Position numbers and translations under genes: made by a program | Shown here: piece by piece, positions 57,622-64,000 of the stretch | Numbering within the stretch: position 1 is the first letter of the stretch | How the letters are laid out: the number at the start of each line of letters is the position of its first letter | From: Candidatus Poribacteria bacterium | GTDB taxonomy: Bacteria; Poribacteria; WGA-4E; GCA-2687025 | NCBI GenBank assembly: GCA_963665845.2 | Contig: OY762492.1 | Span: 1,856,001-1,920,000, forward strand | Direction: 5' to 3' | Length of the DNA stretch: 64,000 nucleotides | The notes under the pieces: generated by a model | Databases searched by the model: none | What the model saw: only the letters and a program-made list of their open reading frames with translations | Told to the model about the DNA's origin: nothing

Positions 57622-60600
57622 ATGCCGAAACTGAACCTGAAAACGACGCATAAGGCGGTCAAGGATTACTACGCCGCCATGAAAACCCTAGACGCCCAAG
57701 GCGCTCGGCACGAAGGCGCTGTCAGCCCGCCGTTCTATGCGCTCCTTGAGCATTGCGCAAAAAAGATGAACGCCGCATGCCAACGCGAATATCGAATGCA
57801 GGGCAGCCGCGGCAACATCTTCATCGACGGAGCCGTCCTGCATGAGCTGGGCTTGCCGTTCGCTTACTGGGAAGCGAAAGACATCCATGACAACCTCGCC
57901 AAAGCCGTTCAGCAGAAACGGGAGGCGGGCTACCCGTTCGACAACATCCTGTTCCAGACGCCCAAACAAGCGATCCTGTTTCAAAATGAGCAGGAAACGC
58001 TGAACGCCGACATCTCCGTACCGAAAAACCTGGTCAAAACGCTGGAGCTGCTGTTTGAATATGAGCGTCCGGAATTCGGCAACTGGGACGCCGCCGCTTC
58101 AGAATTCCGAGAGCATGTCCCCGCCATCGCCAAAACGCTCAAAGCAAAAGTCCAAACGCAGCGCGACACCGACAGCGGCTTCGCCCAAGCCTTCGACCGA
58201 TTTTATGAAACATGCCGCGCCTCCATCAACCCCGACCTGTCGACAGAAGCGGTCGAAGAGATGCTGATACAGCATATCCTGACGGAGCGCATCTTCCGAA
58301 CCGTCTTCCACAACTCCAACTTCACCAGGCGAAACATCATCGCGCGGGAGATCGAAGATGTCGTGGACATCCTCATGAGAGAGGCGATCAGCCGAGAGGT
58401 TTATCTCCAACAGCTCGACCGGTATTACAACGCCGTTGAGCAGGCGGCGAAGTCCTGCCAAGAGTTTTCGCAAAAACAGCGGCTCCTGAACGCGTTCTAT
58501 GAAACCTTTTTTCAAAGCTACTCCAAAGACGCCGCCGACACGCATGGGATCGTCTACACGCCGCAGCCGATCGTCGAGTTCATGGTCAACAGCGTTCAAC
58601 ATCTCCTGAAAACCGAGTTCAACCGAAGCCTCTCCAGCGAAGGCGTCCATATCATCGATCCGTTTGTCGGCACCGGCAATTTCATCGTCCGGCTCATGCG
58701 CGAAATCAAACGGACGGCGCTGGAGCGTAAATACGCCCATGAGCTGCACTGCGCAGAGGTCATGCTGCTGCCGTACTACATCGCCAGCCTGAACATCGAG
58801 CAGGAGTATTTTGAGCGGACAAAGGCGTATCGCCAGTATGAAAAGATCGTCCTCGCCGACACCTTTGAACTGATGGAGACGCCGCAGGGTCAGCTGTTCA
58901 CCGAAGAGAACGACAAGCGCGCCAAAGAGCAGAGAGACGCGGATATGTTCGTCGTCATCGGCAATCCGCCGTATAACGCGGGGCAGGTGAACGAGAACGA
59001 CAACAACAAGAACCGCAAGTACGAGATCATGGATGGGCGCGTCCGCGACACTTACGCCGCTGATTCAAAGGCTAGAAATAAAAATGCGCTTTACGATCCA
59101 TACGTAAAGGCTATCCGCTGGGCGTCAGATCGGATCAAGGATGAAGGCGTCGTTGCATTTGTGACGAACAACGGCTTTCTGGACGGCATGGCCTTTGACG
59201 GCATGCGCAAACATCTCGAGGAAGATTTTGACGCGGTCTATGTTTTGGATTTAGGCGGCAACGCGCGAAAAGGACTGAAGGTCGCCGACGCCAACGTGTT
59301 CGGAATCCGCGTCGGCGTCAGTATCAATCTGTTCATCAAGACGAAGCAGAGTCCGTCTAAGAAAGCGCGCATCTTTTACCATCGCGCCGACGACATGTGG
59401 AACAAGGAGCAGAAATTCGCTTTCATGAGCGAGCGGAAACATGTAGGCGGCGTTGAATGGCAAGAGGTACATCCCGACGCGAATCATACATGGTTGACGG
59501 AAGGGCTGCATCCCGAATTCCACATGTTTATCCCGATAGGCAGCAAAAAGGCAAAGGCTTTAAAAGGCTCCGCGTCGGATGTTATTTTCAAGATCTACAG
59601 CGCTGGCGTTAAAACGAACCGCGACGCTTGGGCTATCAATTTCAACCGAAACGCCCTTGATGCCAACGTTCAGCGGATGATCGAAAACTACAACATCGAA
59701 GTGGACAGGTGGAAACGGCGCGGAGACGATGACGCAAATGCGAGTGATTTTGTAACTTATGACGATACAAAAATCAGCTGGAGCAGTGGACTTAGAAACA
59801 AATTGGAGAGGGGAGTGATCGCTGAATTCGATGAAGAAAAGTTGCGCACTTTGCTCTACCGCCCATTTACTAAATCAAACATTTATTTTGACAGAATGTT
59901 GGCGGAGCGCGTGTATGTCTTCCCTTCCATATTTCCAACGCCAGAGACCGAAACGGAAAATTATGTGATTTGCGTAAATCAAACGCAGGAGAAGCCATTT
60001 ACATGCGTATTGACCGGCTGTCTCCCCGATCTCGTTTCTACTGGAGGATTCGGTTCGCCAACGCAGTGCTTCCCGTTTTACACCTATGACGAGGACGGCT
60101 CCAACCGTCAGGAAAACATCACGGATTGGGCGTTGTCCGCCTTCCGTTCGCATTACGGCGATTCGTCCATTTCCAAATGGGACATTTTCCATTACGTCTA
60201 CGGGCTGCTGCATCATCCGGACTACCGAGAGCGTTATGAGAAGAATCTGAAGCGGGACCTGCCGCATATTCCGTTTGCGCCTGAATTCCGCGCGTTTGCG
60301 TCGGCGGGGCGGGAGTTGGCGGATCTGCATGTGAATTACGAATCGGCGGAGCCGTATGCGCTGAAAACGGAAGAGGCGGATGAAGCGCCGCTCGATTTTT
60401 GGCGGGCGGAGAAGATGCGCTTCTCCAAAGACAAGACGGCGATTGCGTATAACGATTATTTGACGCTGTCGGGCATACCGCCTGCGGCTCTGGAGTATCG
60501 TTTGGGGAATCGGTCGGCGCTGGAGTGGGTCGTGAATCAGTATCAGGTAAAGACAGACAAGCGCAGCGGCATCGTGAACGACCCGAACCGCCCCGACGAT

Positions 60601-60699
60601 CCCCAGTATATCGTGAACTTGCTTCGGCGCGTCGTTTCCGTCAGCCTCAAGACGGTTGAGATCGTCAACGCCCTCCCCCCGCTAGCGCCGCCCTCATAG
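57622..60699 (+). CDS. Single-chain restriction-modification enzyme (type IIG, with type ISP-like C-terminal specificity domain)
   Basis: N-terminal IDG...YWEAKD nuclease; GIVYTP, IDPFVGTG, GNPPY adenine MTase; GVKTNRDAW, YRPF, YVYGLLH..YRERY..NLKRDLP; no helicase motifs seen. Confidence 0.9.
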   Translation: MPKLNLKTTHKAVKDYYAAMKTLDAQGARHEGAVSPPFYALLEHCAKKMNAACQREYRMQGSRGNIFIDGAVLHELGLPFAYWEAKDIHDNLAKAVQQKREAGYPFDNILFQTPKQAILFQNEQETLNADISVPKNLVKTLELLFEYERPEFGNWDAAASEFREHVPAIAKTLKAKVQTQRDTDSGFAQAFDRFYETCRASINPDLSTEAVEEMLIQHILTERIFRTVFHNSNFTRRNIIAREIEDVVDILMREAISREVYLQQLDRYYNAVEQAAKSCQEFSQKQRLLNAFYETFFQSYSKDAADTHGIVYTPQPIVEFMVNSVQHLLKTEFNRSLSSEGVHIIDPFVGTGNFIVRLMREIKRTALERKYAHELHCAEVMLLPYYIASLNIEQEYFERTKAYRQYEKIVLADTFELMETPQGQLFTEENDKRAKEQRDADMFVVIGNPPYNAGQVNENDNNKNRKYEIMDGRVRDTYAADSKARNKNALYDPYVKAIRWASDRIKDEGVVAFVTNNGFLDGMAFDGMRKHLEEDFDAVYVLDLGGNARKGLKVADANVFGIRVGVSINLFIKTKQSPSKKARIFYHRADDMWNKEQKFAFMSERKHVGGVEWQEVHPDANHTWLTEGLHPEFHMFIPIGSKKAKALKGSASDVIFKIYSAGVKTNRDAWAINFNRNALDANVQRMIENYNIEVDRWKRRGDDDANASDFVTYDDTKISWSSGLRNKLERGVIAEFDEEKLRTLLYRPFTKSNIYFDRMLAERVYVFPSIFPTPETETENYVICVNQTQEKPFTCVLTGCLPDLVSTGGFGSPTQCFPFYTYDEDGSNRQENITDWALSAFRSHYGDSSISKWDIFHYVYGLLHHPDYRERYEKNLKRDLPHIPFAPEFRAFASAGRELADLHVNYESAEPYALKTEEADEAPLDFWRAEKMRFSKDKTAIAYNDYLTLSGIPPAALEYRLGNRSALEWVVNQYQVKTDKRSGIVNDPNRPDDPQYIVNLLRRVVSVSLKTVEIVNALPPLAPPS

Positions 60700-60703
60700 C
60701 CTG

Positions 60704-61633
60704 CCCCCGTGAAAACGGGGGTCATTCCCGCGTAAGCGGGAATCCAGAGTCAACCTCCGAAACCGCCCGCGTCCGCCTCAAGCGTCCGGCAGCTCAAATC
60801 GTCATTCCCGCGTAAGCGGGAATCCAGAGGCAGACCCGAAACCGCCCGCATCCCCGGCCGTCATTCCCGCGTAAGCGGGAATCTTAGCCGCTGTTGTCGT
60901 CTGAACTAGGATTGCCAAGATTGAAAAGATTGCCAAGAAAATCCCCGCGCGCCGCTAATCTTGGCAATCTTACTAATCCTTTAATCCTAGTTCAAAACCA
61001 AGCGCAACCCGCGCCTAAGATTCCCGTTTTCACGGGAATGACAGGAAAGGGCGCCGCGGAAACCCCCCTGCCCCCTTTTCAAGGGGGGAGTCCAGAGAGC
61101 CGCCGCTGTTGTCGTCTGAACTAGGATTGGCAAGATTGAAAAGATTGCCAAGAGAATTCCCGCGCGCCGCTAATCTTGGCAATCTTACTAATCCTTTAAT
61201 CCTAGTTCAAAACCAAGCGCAACCCGCGCCTAAGATTCCCGTTTTCACGGGAATGACAGGAAAGGGCGCCGCGGAAACCCCCCTGCCCCCTTTTCAAGGG
61301 GGGAGTCCAGAGAGCCGCCGCTGTTGTCGTCTGAACTAGGATTGGCAAGATTGAAAAGATTGCCAAGAGAATTCCCGCGCGCCGCTAATCTTGGCAATCT
61401 TACTAATCCTTCAATCCTAGTTCAAAACCAAGCGCAACCCGCGCCCTTTAAGATTCCCGCTTGCGCGGGAATGACGCTCCGGGGATACGGCGCGGATGTG
61501 GAATGCGGGCGGTTTCGGGTCTGCCTCTGGATTCCCGCTTGCGCGGGAATGACGAATTGGGCCGCTGGACGCTTGAGATGAACGCGGACGGTTTCGGCGG
61601 CGCCTCTGGATTCCCGCTTGCGCGGGAATGACG
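60704..61633. repeat. Mosaic palindrome array including a ~215-bp unit repeated about 2.6 times
   Basis: gccgctgttgtcgtctgaactaggatt recurs near 60887, 61102 and 61317; ATTCCC-N8-GGGAAT copies occur in both orientations. Confidence 0.93.
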
Positions 61634-61668
61634 GGAAGAGGCGCGGGAATGACGGCATGGACAGGCGG

Positions 61669-62544
61669 TCAATCAGCCTCCATGCGGATGGCGGCTCGGT
61701 CGAACGCGGCGATGTTCAGGTCGAATTTTTGCCAGTAGTATTGCAGCGCGGTCGACTCCCAGTTTTCATAGACCCAGTCCCAGCTGAAGCGGTTGAAATG
61801 CGGCAGCAGGGAGCCTTCCGTCACAGGTTTGGACGCCGCTTGGTACCGGTAATCGACCGAGAGGCGCATGCGTTCGCCTGTTTGGTTCGCCAAGCTTTTA
61901 TGAACCGTATGGCTATGGAAAAAGATCGCGTCGCCCGTTTCGAAGCCGCCGGCGCGCCATTCGCCGTCGACCGCCTCCTCGTTGACGCCGACGCCGCCGG
62001 CGCCGCGCATTGGCTTGACGGGGTAGATTCCGCCCTTGTGCGATCCCGCTAAGACGGCAAGTCCGCCCAGCTCCGTCGGGCAGCCGCCGAGAGGGATCCA
62101 TGCCGTCCACACATCCGGCGTTCCCTGTATATGTATAAAATCTTGATGCGGCGGCGTCGCGGGGGAGGTCGGAAACATGATGCGCCCAATGTTGCGCGGA
62201 TGAACCAGCGGCTCCTCCCCAAACAGCGTTTCCAGCATGTCCAGTATCGGCGGGCTGTGCGCCAGCCCGTGAAACGCCTCCAGCCGCTGAAACTCGTCAA
62301 AGACGGGCCAGTATTCCGGCATGCCTTCGATGCGCGCCTCCTGCGTCGAGAGCAGGTTCTCCGCGTCTGCCCCTTCGTTGAGCCAGCCGTGTCTGTCTAA
62401 GATGTCCGCAAACGCGCCGCGCAGCTGTATCGCTTCGGCGCGCGGGACAAGTCCGCGAAAAAACAGGTACCCGTCCCGTTCCGCCCGCGCCTGCAGCGCC
62501 TCTCCCGAATTCAGCAGCGGCGTTGAGTCTTCAAACGGTTTCAT
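61669..62544 (-). CDS. Phytanoyl-CoA dioxygenase (PhyH) family Fe/2OG enzyme
   Basis: DGYL, HQD, WIPL, LAGSH, GDAIFFH..TVH, RLSVDYRY. Confidence 0.92.
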   Translation of the reverse strand: MKPFEDSTPLLNSGEALQARAERDGYLFFRGLVPRAEAIQLRGAFADILDRHGWLNEGADAENLLSTQEARIEGMPEYWPVFDEFQRLEAFHGLAHSPPILDMLETLFGEEPLVHPRNIGRIMFPTSPATPPHQDFIHIQGTPDVWTAWIPLGGCPTELGGLAVLAGSHKGGIYPVKPMRGAGGVGVNEEAVDGEWRAGGFETGDAIFFHSHTVHKSLANQTGERMRLSVDYRYQAASKPVTEGSLLPHFNRFSWDWVYENWESTALQYYWQKFDLNIAAFDRAAIRMEAD

Positions 62545-63728
62545 CGCAGCCCCCAATGCCGGTTGATCGGTCTCTGGTACACTTCGATTTTGCCTGAAAC
62601 GACATCTTCAAACTGGACGGCTTCGCCGACGGCGCCCGATTCGTAGATCGCCTCGCAGATCGCCTTGGCGCGCAAGCCCATCTCGGCGGGAATCTCCGGC
62701 GGGCGGTTGTTTTCGATGGCGTCAACGAAGTCGTAACATTCCAGCGTCACGCCGTCCTCTATGCCGTGCGGAAAGAGGCGCGCCGTCTCTTCGTCGGACA
62801 GGCTCGCCTTATACTCCTGAACAATCTGATCCATCGGTATTTCGGTTCCGTCCTTCAAGACCACCTTAGCGTTCGGAAACGGGCCATGGAAGATGTCGCC
62901 GCCGTCCACCAGCGCGCCTTCCGACCCGTAATAGACCACATTTTTAAAGGAGTGTCCGGGCGCAGAGTAGGTGTTCGCCCAGTGTCCGATGACGCCGCTT
63001 TTGAAGTTGATCGTCGCCGTCCATGTGTCCTCATGGGCGCTTTGAAGCCGCTTGCCGTCCTTGTTGACCTTCCGATCCTCGATCTGCTCCACGCGCGCAT
63101 AGACCGTTTCAGGATCGCCGAACAGATAACGTATCGTGTCCGCGTAATGCGCCCCAGAGTCCATAACCATGCCTCCGCCGCCGAGGTTCAGGTCGTACCG
63201 CCAGCGCCATGGGTCGTCGGGGCTGTGCGCCTGCCAGCTGGCTTGCTGCGAGAAGAAGATGCGCGGCTCGCCGATCATCCCTTTGTCGATGAGCCATTTA
63301 GAGGCGCGTCGGCTCGGCTCTCGGCGAACCTGCTCCGCGGTCGCGGCGATCTTTTTGTTGCGCGCCGCCGCTTCGATGATCGCATGCGTCGCCTTCACCG
63401 TGACCCCAATCGGCTTCTCCACCATCACATTGACGCCGGCGTTCAGCGCCTTTACGGCGTTCACATGGTGGTAACCATGCGGCGAACAGATGTCGATGCC
63501 GTCCAGGTCTTCCTTCTCCAGCATTTCGTCAATGTGTTCATAGACGTTCGGTTCCTTGCCGGCCGTTTCTTTTGCCGTTTGCGCGAACCGTTCGGCGCCT
63601 CCCCGCACAGGGTCGCACATGGCGGCAAGTTCTACCTTGCCGGGCGCGATGCTGTGTATCCGCAAATAGGCGTTCAGATGCCCAGTCGCCATCCCTCCGC
63701 AGCCCGCAATCGCAATCCGAATAGCCAT
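62541..63728 (-). CDS. Gfo/Idh/MocA family oxidoreductase
   Basis: IAIAGCGGMA, VEKP, GGGMVMDSGAHYAD; likely start MAIRI at 63728. Confidence 0.9.
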   Translation of the reverse strand: MAIRIAIAGCGGMATGHLNAYLRIHSIAPGKVELAAMCDPVRGGAERFAQTAKETAGKEPNVYEHIDEMLEKEDLDGIDICSPHGYHHVNAVKALNAGVNVMVEKPIGVTVKATHAIIEAAARNKKIAATAEQVRREPSRRASKWLIDKGMIGEPRIFFSQQASWQAHSPDDPWRWRYDLNLGGGGMVMDSGAHYADTIRYLFGDPETVYARVEQIEDRKVNKDGKRLQSAHEDTWTATINFKSGVIGHWANTYSAPGHSFKNVVYYGSEGALVDGGDIFHGPFPNAKVVLKDGTEIPMDQIVQEYKASLSDEETARLFPHGIEDGVTLECYDFVDAIENNRPPEIPAEMGLRAKAICEAIYESGAVGEAVQFEDVVSGKIEVYQRPINRHWGLR

Positions 63729-63920
63729 TCCGTTTCTCCAACCTGCTTCGTTCCATGCGCATCGATTATGAATGAAAAGGGGGGCGCCGTCAAGCTCTCC
63801 TCCTCTGATCTCATGCATAAAGAGGATGGCGGCGGCGATGCCTTAAGATTCCCGCTTACGCGGAGTCATCATATAAAAGACGCCGCGCGGAAACGGGGAA
63901 CGGCCGTCGGAACGATTTGC

Positions 63921-63948
63921 TTGACGCCGCCGCCAAATGGCGTATGAT
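63921..63948 (+). promoter_or_regulatory. Putative sigma-70 promoter
   Basis: TTGACG-N16-TATGAT, followed by GGAGG and ATG at 63975. Confidence 0.6.
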
Positions 63949-63974
63949 AAGAACGAAATAAACGGAGGCGACCA

Positions 63975-64000
63975 ATGAGCGCGTTGCAGATATGGCATCG
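63975..64000 (+). CDS. Start of an unidentified gene (MSALQIWH...), truncated by the window edge
   Basis: Promoter, GGAGG RBS and ATG. Confidence 0.5.

Noticed and set aside
57622-60699. Full type ISP helicase-nuclease
   Set aside because: Only ~1025 aa and no Walker A or DEAH motifs, so it was called IIG-like.
1-64000. tRNA/rRNA genes or a prophage
   Set aside because: No cloverleaf or rRNA signatures, and no integrase or phage structural genes recognised.

Overview
GC-rich bacterial chromosomal window. The gene inventory (many WD40 proteins with FlgD-Ig/T9SS-type C-terminal domains, a BMC satellite, PhyH and several Gfo/Idh/MocA enzymes) is suggestive of Candidatus Poribacteria, but that assignment is inference only. 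Housekeeping genes (5' end of ligA, accD, topA) are interspersed with five accessory elements. (1) A PorU-like C25 peptidase with an adjacent PorV-like gene, plus a second PorV-like gene. (2) A ~21-kb tandem array of nine secreted WD40 paralogues (25487-46651, minus strand) with near-constant C-terminal sorting domains and variable aromatic-rich loops. The array is split into two blocks, each preceded by a sigma-54 -24/-12 motif and a different set of helically phased putative enhancer sites. (3) A defence-rich region: a TPR protein with an antitoxin-like tail coupled to a RelE-like gene, a PLD/DpnI-winged-helix nuclease, a type II R-M pair, a type IIG/ISP-like R-M fusion, an orphan MTase, and an MTase-REase pseudogene cut by an IS1-family element. 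(4) A three-gene microcompartment satellite (aldolase, BMC-H, aldehyde dehydrogenase). (5) Mosaic arrays of palindromic repeats whose core is ATTCCC-N8-GGGAAT; a ~257-bp direct repeat brackets the IIG/ISP R-M gene. No rRNA, tRNA or CRISPR array was found. All calls come from reading motifs by eye; no database search was run.
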